Assembly: GCA_026936335.1 (NCBI GenBank)
Contig: JAPMXV010000022.1
Coordinates: forward strand, 169,290 to 233,289
Reading direction: 5' to 3'
Source of the DNA: Mantamonas sphyraenae STR306
Taxonomy: Eukaryota > Protista > CRuMs
Length of the DNA: 64,000 nt
Every line of letters starts with the position of its first letter. Positions within the stretch are counted from its first letter, which is position 1. The notes below the pieces were generated by a model, which saw only the letters and a program-made list of their open reading frames with translations, made no database searches and was not told the DNA's origin. Below are positions 13,118 through 25,953 of this stretch, piece after piece. The translations under genes and the position numbers were made by a program.

Positions 13118-14885
13118 TCAAAGACCTGCATTGAATTCTGCAAGTGCTGCATCCAGGTCCACCTCTCCCTCGTCCCCTGTCTTGCTGCGCTTGCTGTCGT
13201 GCTCATCCGTGCTCGAGGTGGTGGTGGTGGACGATGCAGTGGCCTTGCGTTTCCTCAATGAAGCGGGAACCATTGCAGCCATGGATGCAGGCAGCTTGAC
13301 ACGTCCTTTCTCCTTGGGAGGTGGTCGTTGTTGAACTTGAGCCTGAGCCTGAGTCTGTGGGACCTGCATCTGTTCCAGTGTTTTCTGTGGCACCACTGCC
13401 TGCTCTTGATCTTGAACCTGTTCCCTCCTTGCTTGCTCTGCTTTGACGCTGTTGTACACTTCCAACATGGGGTCCTGCTGGTTGTTGTCGTGCTTGCCCG
13501 CATATTGTCTGCGAAGCCGCTCTTGCATCCTCTGTTTCGCCACCATGGCCTGTTGCTGCTTCTGCTGTTGTTGCATGCGCATCTGCATAGCGTACTGCTG
13601 GTGCTGCATTTGTTGTTGTGCCTGTTGCTGTTGCCTCATCATCATCATTTGCTGTTGCTGTGGCGTTGGCATCATCATCTGCATCTGCATCTGCTGTGCC
13701 GTCTGTGGCTGTGGTGCCTGTGGGTGTACCTGTGGCTGTGATCGCGTGGGTGGCTTCCCGTTCCCCTGCAACATTTTCAACCGCGCCAACACGTCCTCGT
13801 CAAGCTCCTCATCCTCGTCCTCGGCCCCAGAGTTGTGTTTCCGTGTGCTTTGCTGCTCAGCCTTCTGCTGTCCTTCGTCTTGCTCATCCATATCCATGTC
13901 AAACTCGAATTCGAGGTCGTCCGCCGTGTCCTCCTCCTCCCCTGCCTCGACCTGTTTGGGCACAAAGAACAACACTGCCTCATGAGGCGGCTCCCCCTCT
14001 GGCAGAGGCGGTGCCTCACCAGCCTGTCTGCAGAAAGGCGGTGCTGCACTGGGCATCACCACAGGCTTTACCTCCTCGGCAACCGCCTGCTTCGCCCTCC
14101 GCTGTTTCTCCACAGGAGGCTTATTCTGTGTCGTCGTACCCATTGCTTCGTCACTCTTCTGCTGTCGACTCTCTGCTTCTGCAGCCATTTGTGACTTGAG
14201 AATGAGCCGTTGGCCAGGGGGCGGGGCGCCCAGTGGGTTGAACAGTGGGTGGAAGAAGATCGAGTCTTCCGGTTCGTAATCCAGATCCTCACGCGTCTGG
14301 ACCTTGGTCATATGTGCTCTGGTGTGTGTGTGGGCGTTGTGTGTATGCCCGGTGATTTGGGTGTCAGTGCACCTGCTCAGCTGGGTGGGGTTGAACGCAC
14401 AACTCACTTGCTGGTGCTTCCCTGTGGCTGCGAGCTGTCCTCCTCCTCCTCGTCCTGTGTGTGTGTGTGTGAATGACCACGCAACCAACAATGACTCCGT
14501 GCATGCAACCGTTGCGCACTCACCATGCCCAGTTCCTTCCGCTTGGCCTCCACTTTGGGCAGCATCTCTTCCAACTCCCTCAGCTTGCTCTGTGTCACCT
14601 TGTCACCCGGGTTGCGCTTGACTGGCTCACACAAGAGTCACGTGGGTGCGTGTATGTGTTAGCACCCCCTTCCCCCTTTGCTTTGCTCCCATGCATGCGG
14701 TTAGCGGCCGTATGCACACAAAACAACAATCACTCACCGAGGGTCTTTAGGTGAGCGATCTCCGCTCGCATCTCCTTCGGATTCCGCCTTGCCAAGGCAA
14801 GCTCCCGCTGTCTCTTCCTATCTTCTGCATTCTTCTTAGCCTGCTTCTTCTTCTGCTGGCGATGATACGCCTGCACGCTGCTCAT
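13118..14885 (-). CDS. WBP11: WW-domain-binding protein 11 (WBP11/Saf1/ELF5-like splicing factor); exons 14885-14738, 14621-14524, 14454-14408, 14318-13118
   Basis: N-terminal MSSVQAYHRQQKKKQAKKNAEDRKRQR...RNP is the Wbp11 domain pattern, followed by SIFFHPLFNPLGAPPPG. All three GTGAGT..CAG introns preserve the frame. Confidence 0.8.
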
Positions 14886-14910
14886 GCCCACCCAACACGA
14901 TTTGCCTTGG

Positions 14911-14950
14911 ATGAGCCAGCGAACGTACACCTCGCCTTTCGACCAACCCA

Positions 14951-14994
<44 letters not shown>

Positions 14995-16131
14995 TACTAC
15001 GAATGGCTGTACACAGCAGCAGCGGTGTTGGGTGTGGGCGCTCTGGGTTACGTGTGGTGGAGTGCCAGCAGTGGTGCGGAGGAGGAGGACAGTGAAGAGG
15101 AGGATGAGGACGACGGCAGCAGCAGCGTCAAGTCGAGGCTGAGTGGTCGTGCCAACAGCGATGCGGGAAGCGGTGGTGGTGGTGGTAAGGCCAAGAAGGG
15201 GAAGAGTAAGGATAAGAACAAGATCAAGGGCAAGGAACGCAAAGGAGACGCAGCCAAGGCGCGGGAAGAAGGGACGGTGGATTTGAGCCGGGACATGAAG
15301 GGACTCATGCAGCAGTTCCGCAAGCTGCGACAGACGCACAAACAACGATTGGTGCGGCGGGTGGTGGCTGAGGCGGAGAAAAGGACACCGGAGGATGGGT
15401 TGGACAAGTTGGATAGGTTGGCCATGATGGCAGACGAGCAGTGGCGGTATCCAAACACCAAGGCGCAGTCCATGACCACGGCGGAGGACGGGGTGGCTGT
15501 GTGGGAGACTCTGAGCGAAGAGGAACAGGGCACAGAAAGAGCCAACTACGCATACTACCTGTGTATCAAGGTGCAAGGCGTCCATTATCTCCACAAGGGG
15601 CTGCACGCGCGTTCCATCCAGAAGCAGCGGCAGGTTGCGGAAAATGCTCGGGATCCGTTCCTGGCCGCTTCCGCCTACGTCAATTGGGCCCACCGATTGG
15701 ACTATGCCAAGGACGAACGTGTACAGTTGCTGGAAAAGGCAGCCGAGCTATGTCCCAACAACGGCCAGGTGTTGTGCCAGCTGGCCGCAGGGTACAGCCG
15801 TGCCAATCGCCACGCTGCCGCCGTCCGCACGTACCGTCGTGCCATCGAGGTTGATCCCGAGTTCTCGTCCGCCTACGAGTTCTTGGCCACCACACTGGCC
15901 ATGAAACCAGAAGAGAATGACATGGAGGAGGTGAAGGATCTGCTGCGGCAGGCGGTGTCCAAGAACCACCACACACCTTCACCCTACTTCAACCTGGCTC
16001 GTTTGCTCATGGGCAACGAGGAGGACCACGAAGAGGCACGCGAGTTGTTGGAGATTGTTCTTGCTGACGAGTCATGGGCAGATTCACACCCCACTGCACA
16101 GCAGATGATCGACTCGCTGGATTCGTTTTGA
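14911..16131 (+). CDS. N-terminally membrane-anchored TPR protein
   Basis: Hydrophobic segment WLYTAAAVLGVGALGYVWW and C-terminal TPR helices (LLEKAAELCPNN, YRRAIEVDPEFSSAY, PYFNLARLL). Confidence 0.75.
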
Positions 16132-16301
16132 TCTCACGATCTCATCGTTTCCTTCACCTGCATTGCCACACAAGAACAACAAACACACACCACAGTCTCA
16201 CTCTCACTCTATCCTCAATCTTTCGCTGGCTGAGTGCCTTTTCCCATCCAGGAGTGCACCAGTCTTTTTTTGCCTGCCTCGCACCGTCCCCACACACCTT
16301 C

Positions 16302-18786
16302 TCACCACCCATCCAACCATCCACGCTCCCCAGGCTCCTCCGCCTGCAGTGCCCTCACCACCTGCTCCACCACCACCTCCTCCACATCGCACACTCCTGC
16401 GTCACGTGCCATCCTTGCCAGATCCCTCACCACAGCCCCCGTGCTCCACAGATCCGCCTGCTGCAACCCTGTCTTGTCCAGCACCATCCCGTTCTCTCCA
16501 AACACTTCCGGTGCCGTGTACTCCTCCGTCATCCGCAGCGACACACCCGCATCCTGCAATTCCACCCCAATGTTCTCCAGGTCCACCAGCCGTACTCCTC
16601 CTTCAAACCACACCATGTTCCCCGGTTTGATGTCCATGTGCCACTTTCCAGCTCCATGCAGTGCATCCACACACATCTTCACCTCCTCCATCACCCTGTG
16701 CAGCGTCACCCCTTCAGGCAGTCCATTCTCCAACACGTGACACAACGGCAGTGCCACAGCACCCACAGCCCTTCCACTCTTCACAACCACAGGGCACAGA
16801 CCCCACCGCTCCTTGCTCTCCATCAGTTCCTCGTTGGCCACAAACTCCGCGCTCTCTTTCATCATCACTTTCCAGAAAACCGGCCGTTCCTCAAATCTGC
16901 CTTGCCCTCGCGACAGCCCCAAGTCGCCATACAGCAACAGCGGGCCCGTCTCCACCCCCGCTTGACCCAGAACACGCGCACCTTCCCTCGACATCTCGTT
17001 GTATACAGCCGACATCTCCTCACTCCACCCGCTGTCCTGGCTGTCACCTCCACCCGAGCTTCCCTGGCTTCCCATGCTGCCTCCGCCCCCGCTCCCTCTC
17101 TTTGGTGGTGGTGGCAACAGTGAGCGGTCCTGAACGGTGTAAACACCTGACCGCGGGATCGTCCGACGCCCAGAGCCCACCAGCGAGCGTAGAGCTCGCA
17201 CACACTGTCTCCTCCTCTTGGTCTTGCTCTCCAGTGTCTCCAAAACGCCGTTCATGTGCTGGAAGAGCACCTCCTCGACCAGAAGCAACGCGCGTGCGTC
17301 TCGCGAGTCCTTGCTCACGTCCACTGCGTTTGTCATCCACAACGACTCTGCTCCTTGGCCGGGCTTGCCCAGTGTGTACCACATCACACCCACCACGACC
17401 TGGGGTCCCGAGAAACACCGCAGCAGCAATGGGATCTTTGGTGGCTCCTTCTCCTCATCCGTCCACTCAAGCATCGCCTGCACATACAGGATGCTTGTAA
17501 TCCCTTCCGCAAGCACCAAATCCATATGTTGATCACCACCGTGCTTCTTCTTGCCCTCCATCAACGCCACGGGGATGTTCACTCCATGGACATCCACGCC
17601 CGTTTCCTGGGCAGGCTTCGTTCCCTTGAACTCATACGTGGTCATCTCCCAGTCGCCATGCTTGCACCATATGCCTCCGCCACATCTCAGGTAGCTCTTC
17701 ATCCTGCAACAGTCAGACAGTGGGCGTCAGCATCGGCACAATCAACATTCCCTCAACTCTACCTGTACACTCCCCCACACCCCACCCCCTCCGCACCACT
17801 CACGTTGATGTTGTGGCCTGCGGAATGTACACACGTGCCACTTGGCCCGTGAGACAGTGAAACTCGCGCAGTGCTGTACACTCGTCCTGCTCGCGCACCG
17901 TTGGCATGCGAGTGTTCAGACTGAACACGGCATTGCTGGGGTTGACCTCAAGTGTTTCCAGTGCTTCAAGTGTTTTAAGTGCTTCCACTGCGTACTGCTC
18001 CTTCCCGATCATCCGCAAGTACAGCGTGCGCGTGTACGAGAGAGCAGAGAAACAGTACTGTTCTTGTTCACCGCCATCGTCGTCGCTGCTGCTGCTGCTG
18101 CCGCTGCCGTCCACACTTCCCTTGCCCTTGTCCACGTCGATCAGCATCTGCAACATCGATTCAACAGAGACATCGATGAGTGTGTCACCCTCCTCGATCC
18201 TGCCCTCCAACACCAGCTCGGCTGTTGTCTTCCAATCCTCCACAATGCGTTCAAAAGTGCCCTTCTTGTCCTTGGTAGGCATGTGGCGCAGACACAGCAG
18301 CTCCACCAGCTCTTTGCCAGTGACTGCCAGCCAAGGAGCATTGTGTCAGCCCCAATCCATGTTCCCCTCTCTCCAGTGTACACTTACCATCGTGTGCATC
18401 CCCTTCCTCGTTGTCTCCGTCCTGCGGTGGCGCTGTGGAAGAGCGCGCGCGTTTTGTGTGAGTCATCAGGAACGAATGTCAAGGACAATTCCTGATTACT
18501 CACATCTCCCGCCCCATCACTCACAGTACTGTTCCACGGCTTCGAACCACAACGATTCCGCTCCATCTGCGTACTCGATTGCAGCATAGGCCGCTACCTT
18601 CTCTGCCATGGCCTTGTGGAAGCTGTCCGAGTTTGCTTTCTCATCGTCCGACAATGTCGACAATGCTGCAAAGAACAATCCGCAGTCGGCTTCCGACAGC
18701 CTGCCCAGCACCCTCAGGGAATCATAGGATGACTGTGCTTCCATCAGCTCCTTGTAGACCAGGAATGCTTTGTCGTTGGTGGACAT
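16302..18786 (-). CDS. Header/REase-like/protein kinase gene, copy 2; exons 18786-18525, 18432-18388, 18323-17804, 17703-16302
   Basis: Three GT-AG introns join MSTNDKAFLVYK...EQY-SPPQDGD..HD-VTGKELVELL...ATTST-MKSYLRC in frame to the kinase ORF (HMDIKPGN, YTAPE). Confidence 0.85.
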
Positions 18787-19469
18787 GATGGGTAACCTGG
18801 ATTTTGTGGTTGCGAGGGGGCATCCTCGCAGTCTACGACATCCAGTTGCTTGTCCACATGCATCCACACATGGTTCTCCTTCTCTGTGTCCCCATCCCAC
18901 CACCATTGTCCCTCCATCCTCTGCATCTCTCCAGGCGCGGCTGCCTTCTTCCTTCCCGACAACGCCGTTCCCCTTTCCCTCTCCCCAAACACCTATTGGA
19001 CCCATCCATCGTCCACATCCAACCCCATCATTGCCCATGTGCCATCCACGAGTCAGCCACCTCACCAACCATCCCGTCTCTGTTCGCCCACCACCCTCCA
19101 CAGCTCGTGTTGCTACAAAGCCAGCACAGCACACTGCCCTACGACCATCCCACCCTCCATGAACAACCACAACCACAATCCCACTCCCACCCCCCATCCC
19201 CACCCCTTCCCTCTCCACACCGCACTTCAAAACTCACATCCCAAACTGCTGTGGACATCCGGTGTGCAAAACGCTGGTCTTTTGGTTTGTTTGCTCCCGT
19301 GTGCGGCCTCACCCACATCCACACCCACACTCACACCCACCCTGCATCCAATGCAGCACACATGTGCACACATTGACCACACGCCTCTACGCACCGGCAC
19401 TGCGACGCGGTTGACCAGCGCCCTGCTTGACGCAGGCCTCAACCCCACACTGCCGTCGTGCTACCCTCA

Positions 19470-19761
19470 GCTTAGTCAGAAGAGGAAGAGGAAGAGGAAG
19501 ATGTCGCAGATGTGGTCGTCTCCCTTGCACCTGCACCAGACCCTTCCTCATCCATCTCGTCGTCACTGTCGCTGTCGTCTCCACGACTTGCCTCCAGCCG
19601 CCGTCACGGATCCCGAACTGCACTGGGCACAGCGACGAGCAAAGAAATTGGGAGGGGGGAGGGGTCACGTGTACAGCAGTAGCAGCAGCAGCAGCAGTAG
19701 CAGCAGCAGGTTCAAGAGCGAAGGGATGCGAGCTCTGGAACGCAGCCTGCGCAAGCGGTAG
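19470..19761. pseudogene. Junction of two captured gene fragments: histone-fold gene 3' end (minus strand, ~19473-19598) and Elongin-A-like 3' end (plus strand, ~19608-19761)
   Basis: 19411-19598 matches 23037-23224. 19608-19761 matches the reverse complement of 1752-1896. Confidence 0.85.
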
Positions 19762-19892
19762 AATTCTGGAGGTGTGCTGTGCGACCTCCCATGCACAACG
19801 CCACCAACAGACCGAACCTCACCAATAAATGGCATCGGGCAACATCGAATTCCAATCCACATGCCTACCTCGCTTCTTCCCCCGCTCACCTC

Positions 19893-21675
19893 TCACCACC
19901 CATCCAACCATCCACGCTCCCCAGGCTCCTCCGCCTGCAGTGCCCTCACCACCCGCTCCACCACCACCTCCTCCACATCGCACACTCCTGCGTCACGTGC
20001 CATCCTTGCCAGATCCCTCACCACAGCCCCCGTGCTCCACAGATCCGCCTGCTGCAACCCTGTCTTGTCCAGCACCATCCCGTTCTCTCCAAACACTTCC
20101 GGTGCCGTGTACTCCTCCGTCATCCGCAGCGACACACCCGCATCCTGCAATTCCACCCCAATGTTCTCCAGGTCCACCAGCCGTACTCCTCCTTCAAACC
20201 ACACCATGTTCCCCGGTTTGATGTCCATGTGCCACTTTCCAGCTCCATGCAGTGCATCCACACACATCTTCACCTCCTCCATCACCCTGTGCAGCGTCAC
20301 CCCTTCAGGCAGTCCATTCTCCAACACGTGACACAACGGCAGTGCCACAGCACCCACAGCCCTTCCACTCTTCACAACCACAGGGCACAGACCCCACCGC
20401 TCCTTGCTCTCCATCAGTTTCTCGTTGGCCACAAATTCCGCGCTCTCTTTCATCATCACTTTCCAGAAAACCGGCCGTTCCTCAAATCTGCCTTGCCCTC
20501 GCGACAGCCCCAAGTCGCCATACAGCAACAGCGGGCCCGTCTCCACCCCCGCTTGACCCAGAACACGCGCACCTTCCCTCGACATCTCGTTGTATACAGC
20601 CGACATCTCCTCACTCCACCCGCTGTCCTGGCTGTCACCTCCACCCGAGCTTCCCTGGCTTCCCATGCTGCCTCCGCCCCCGCTCCCTCTCTTTGGTGGT
20701 GGTGGCAACAGTGAGCGGTCCTGAACGGTGTAAACACCTGACCGCGGGATCGTCCGACGCCCAGAGCCCACCAGCGAGCGTAGAGCTCGCACACACTGTC
20801 TCCTCCTCTTGGTCTTGCTCTCCAGTGTCTCCAAAACGTCGTTCATGTGCTGGAAGAGCACCTCCTCGACCAGAAGCAACGCGCGTGCGTCTCGCGAGTC
20901 CTTGCTCACGTCCACTGCGTTTGTCATCCACAACGACTCTGCTCCTTGGCCGGGCTTGCCCAGTGTGTACCACATCACACCCACCACGACCTGGGGTCCC
21001 GAGAAACACCGCAGCAGCAATGGGATCTTTGGTGGCTCCTTCTCCTCATCCGTCCACTCAAGCATCGCCTGCACATACAGGATGCTTGTAATCCCTTCCG
21101 CAAGCACCAACTCCATATGTTGATCACCACCGTGCTTCTTCTTGCCCTCCATCAACGCCACGGGGATGTTCACTCCATGGACATCCACGCCCGTTTCCAT
21201 GTCCGGCTTGGTACCCTTGAACTCATACCTGGTGTCCTCCCCGTCGCCATGCTTGCACCATATGCCTCCGCCACATCTCAGGTAGCTCTGCATCCTGTAA
21301 CACCACTCGGACAGTGGGCGTCAGCATCGGCACAATCAACGTTCCCCACCACTCTACCTCTCCACCCCCCTCCGCACCACTCACGTTGATGTTGTGGCCT
21401 TTCGATTGTACACTCGTGCCACTTGGCCCGTGAGGCTGTGAAACTCGCACTGTGCTGTACACTCGTCCTGCTCGCGCACCGTTGGCATGCGAGTGTTCAG
21501 ACTGAACACGGCATTGCTGGGGTTGACCTCAAGTGTTTCCAGTGCTTCAAGTGTTTTAAGTGCTTCCACTGCGTACTGCTCATCACCGATCATCCGCAAG
21601 TACACTGTGCGCAAGTACGAGAGAGCAGAGACCTCGTACTGCGGCTGTTGCTCACCGTGTTCACCGCCATCGTCA

Positions 21676-21713
<38 letters not shown>

Positions 21714-22397
21714 GCTGCCGTCCACACTTCCCTTGCCCTTGTCCACGTCGATCAGCATCTGCAACATCGATTCAACAGAGACATCGATGAGTGTGTCACC
21801 CTCCTCGATCCTGCCCTCCAACACCAGCTCGGCTGTTGTCTTCCAATTCTCCACAATGCTTTCAAAAGTGCCCTTCTTGTCCTTGGTAGGCATGTGGCGC
21901 AGACACAGCAGCTCCACCAGCTCTTTGCCAGTGACTGCCAGCCAAGGAGCATTGTGTCAGCCCCAATCCATGTTCCCCTCTCTCCAGTGTACACTTACCA
22001 TCGTGTGCATCCCCTTCCTCGTTGTCTCCGTCCTGCGGTGGCGCTGTGGAAGAGCGCGCGCGTTTTGTGTGAGTCATCAGGAACGAATGTCAAGGACAAT
22101 TCCTGATTACTCACATCTCCCGGCCCATCACTCACAGTACTGTTCCACGGCTTCGAACCACAACGATTCCGCTCCATCTGCGTACAGGCTTGCAGCACAG
22201 GCCGCCACCTTCTCTGCCATGGCCTTGTGGAAGCTGTCCGAGTTTGCTTTCTCTTCGTCCGACAATGTCGACCATGCTGCATGGAACAATCCGCAGTCGG
22301 CTTCCGACAGCCTTCCCAGCACCTTTACGGAATCAACAAGTGTCTTTGCTTCCATCAGCTCCTTGTATACCAGGACTGCTTTGTCGTTGGTGGACAT
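19893..22397 (-). CDS. Header/REase-like/protein kinase gene, copy 3; introns 22044-22135, 21935-21998, 21295-21384
   Basis: Same exon structure and near-identical sequence to copy 2, offset by ~3.6 kb. Confidence 0.85.
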
Positions 22398-23097
22398 GAT
22401 CGGCAAGCCGGATTGATGTGGTTGCGAGGGGGCATCCTCGCAGTCTACGACATCCAGTTGCTTGTCCACATGCATCCACACATGGTTCTCCTTCTCTGTG
22501 TCCCCATCCCACCACCATTGTCCCTCCATCCTCTGCATCTCTCCAGGCGCGGCTGCCTTCTTCTTCCCCGCCAAAGCCTCTCCCCTTTCCCTCTCCCCAA
22601 ACACCTATTGGACCCAACCATCGTCCACATCCAACCCCACCATTGCCCATGTGCCACCCACGAGTCAGCCACCTCCCCAGCCATCCCGTCTCTGTTCGCC
22701 CACCACCCTCCACAGCTCGTGTTGCAACAAAGCCAGCACAGCACACTGCCCTACGACCATCCCACCCTCCATGAACAACCACAACCACAATCCCACTCCC
22801 ACCCCCCGTCCCTACCCCTTCCCTCTCCCTTCCCTCTCCACACCGCACATCAAAACTCACATCCCAAACTGCTGTGGACATCCGGTGTGCAAAACGCTGG
22901 TCTTTTGGTTTGTTTGCTTGCTCCGTGTGCGGCCTCACCCACATCCACACCCACACTCACACCCACCCTGCATCCAATGCAGCACACATGTGCACACATT
23001 GACCACACGCCTCTACGCACCGGCACTGCGATGCGGTTGACCAGCGCCCTGCTTGACGCAGGCCTCAACCCCACTCTGCCGTCGTGCTACCCTCAGC

Positions 23098-23818
23098 TTA
23101 GTCAGAAGAGGAAGAGGCAGAGGAAGATGACGCAGATGTGGTCGTCTCCCTTGCACCTGCACCAGACCCTTCCTCATCCATCTCGTCGTCACTGTCGCTG
23201 TCGTCTCCACGACTTGCCTCCAGCTGTGCCATCACGTCAGATTTGGTTTGACGCAGTGGTACAATGTCCGCCAGAAAATCCAGGCGGTCCAATGAGTGTA
23301 CGGTGTTTGCAACGTCGTCGTATCGCAGCTGCTTGCGTTTGTCCCGCTTGGTCAACTCCAGGCTCTCGTGCGTCAACAGCTTGATAAACAGCTCCGTGCT
23401 CTTGGCCACAAGCACCACTGCATCCGACGCACACTTTTTTACATCCTCGTCTTGCGTCATGATGCGTCGCACGCGTGCCACGGGCAGATGAAGGTACTGA
23501 TCAAGCGTCGGCGTCTCCTCCTCCTCTTTGTCCTGCGTCGGAAAACACCCACCACGCACACAACAACATGCACACGCAAAAGTGACACCCACGCAAACAT
23601 ACAGACGTCCGAGACACACCCGATGGCAACACATCCAACCACACAGCACCTCAAGATGTCAGCCACGAGCCACTCGGAGAGGTTGTTCTGTGGAGAAAAG
23701 ATCGTACCATGGTGATCACAACCGGCCCGTCCATGTTCTCCTCCTGCTCACTCTCTCCGCTTCGCGCTGCTTCTACTGCTGCTGCTGCTGCTGCTGCTGA
23801 CGATGTTTCCACTTCCAT
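23098..23818 (-). CDS. H2A-type histone-fold protein (CHRAC1/POLE4/NF-YC-like); intron 23533..23707
   Basis: LPVARVRRIMTQDEDV....DAVVLVAKSTELFI..L......KRKQLRYDDVA..V...DRLDFLADIVP. Confidence 0.88.
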
Positions 23819-23933
23819 GATGCCTTCCAAAAACCCTGCCTCAGCTGGTTCCCTCGTCGCAGTTGGTTCCCTCCCACATCGCAACCTGACCTTTGCCATT
23901 CATTCCACCCTCGCCGGTTCCCATCACCCTGTT

Positions 23934-25920
23934 TCATTCTGTTCTCTGGAAAACCAACCTGGCCCGTTTAAAGTCGCTCCCGTGCTGCACGGTGTCAAAT
24001 TCATCGGTGGGTTCCCGCTTTGCCCTTGTGCTGGTCTGCCGGCGAGCAGTATCGATCTTGTTCCCCCCATGCGCATTTGCCTCGGCATGAAACACTGCCT
24101 TGGCTGTTTGGAACCCGTTGGATGCCCCGACAGGAAGTGGCATCGGCTGTCTGCTTGCAGTCTGATCGCCCTCGGTTTGCATCTGTGTCGACTGCGCATC
24201 ACCCACCGCTTCGTCATTCTCACGCATCACCGGCTTGATGGGTGAAAACTGAGCCAGGGCTTGCTTGCGTGCCTGCAGTTTCTTGCGCATGGCTGCTTTG
24301 GATGTGCTCACCCTCTTCGTGCCAAGTCCCTGGTTGCTGCTCGAACCCACCTGCTTGTCTTCCTTCTTGCTGCTCTTTGTGACCAACACTGCGTCCGTCT
24401 TGTGGGTTGGTCGTCGGCGTCGTCCCGCACCCAGCTTGCTCCCGCGCCGTTTGTGTTCCACTGCGCTGTTGCTTCGTGCCAGCCGCTGGTTGGCTGATGT
24501 CCCCCCTGCTGCTGCCGAAGCAATTGATGATGCAGACGACAACCCAGACGACGAAGATGCATGTGAGCCCTGAGAGCCGCCGTAGGTGAGCTCCATGGGC
24601 AGCGAGTTGCTGTAGTACACCTCCACACTTTCATACTCGTCGTAGTCCTGTTTGTGGCGAGCCCACATGCGTTGCTCCTCGTCCCGCGTAGTCCTCTCTG
24701 CACTCTCCTTGGGGTGCATCTCCACGTGCTCGCTGCTCACATGGTCCAAGGCAGCCAAGAACGGAGATGGACCGGCGTCCGCACGCTTGCCAAACCTGTC
24801 CACTGTCATGCCATAGGTCAGGTAGAGTCGCTTGCGAGCACGTGTCATGCCCACGTACATCAGACGCATCTCTTCGTGGTCGTCCTTGGTCAGGTAGTGC
24901 GGCAGCAGGCCGCGCTCCACACTGACCATAAACACAATGTCCCACTCCAGACCCTTGGCAGAGTGCAGTGTCGTCAACGTCACTGCGTGTTCGCTCTTTC
25001 CATTCTTGTTCTGCGACGTCTGCACGTCTGCATGCAGCGAGAAATCATGCAGGAATCGTTCCAGATGGTTCTCCGTGTTGAAATCGCCCGTCAACACCGT
25101 GTTGGCACTCATCACAGGCATGCTGCTGGCACTGCTCTCGCTCCCGTCGCCACTTGCTGCGCTGCTGCTGCTGCTGCTGGCATGGCTACTGCTCGACGTG
25201 GCTGATCGTGCGCTTCCCTGGCTGCTATTGACCATCGTTTCACCGTCCTCCTCCGTGTGCCGCCCTTCCTCCTCCATCTTGTCCTCCTCGCTGCGGAACT
25301 GTGAGGCGTAGTTGACGAGTTCGTTCACGTACTCCATGCGCGTGTCCGCGCTGCTGCTGTCCTTGGTCTGTAGGTACTGCTTGTACTGCACACGTTCCAC
25401 GAGGGTCTCCAGAATGCGATGTGGGCTTGCGTTGGCCTCCTTCATGGCACTCAACTCCAGGATGAGCTTGACAAACGGCGCCACCTTGTGCTTCAGCTTG
25501 CGCAACTCCAGCAGGATGGGCTTCAACCGACCGCCGCCAAACAGGCCCTTGCCCGTGGTGTCATGCTGCACCACACCCATGCACAGATCAAAACTCGCTC
25601 ACTTGCAGGCCCAGCTTCTCTTTGGCCCTGCGCAGCAGTTCCACCGACGCGTCCCCCATCCCTCGACGCGGCACGTTGATGACCCGATGGAAGGACGACG
25701 AGTCGCACCGGTTGCTGGCCAATCGAAGGTACGCCACCAAATCACGCACCTCTTCACGCTCAAAGAAGCGCACCGAACCCACCAGCCGGAACGGGATGCC
25801 TGCGTGCATCAAGGCCTCTTCAAATGCACGCGACAAGAACGAGGCACGGTACAGCACAGCCACCTGGTTCAGATCCAACTGTTTGGCCTTTCCACCCTTG
25901 CTTCCACCACCGGTCGACGC

Positions 25921-25953
<33 letters not shown>

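Larger units (their letters stand above)
16271..23224. repeat. Direct tandem duplication with ~3.6-kb period (16271-19598 vs ~19862-23224)
   Basis: Kinase stop codons at 16302 and 19893. Introns, the upstream region and the 3' end of the histone-fold gene are all duplicated. Confidence 0.92.

Noticed and set aside
16271-23224. Kinase unit as a canonical transposon
   Set aside because: No transposase, reverse transcriptase, Rep/helicase, terminal inverted repeats or target-site duplications were seen. It is treated as a segmental duplication.
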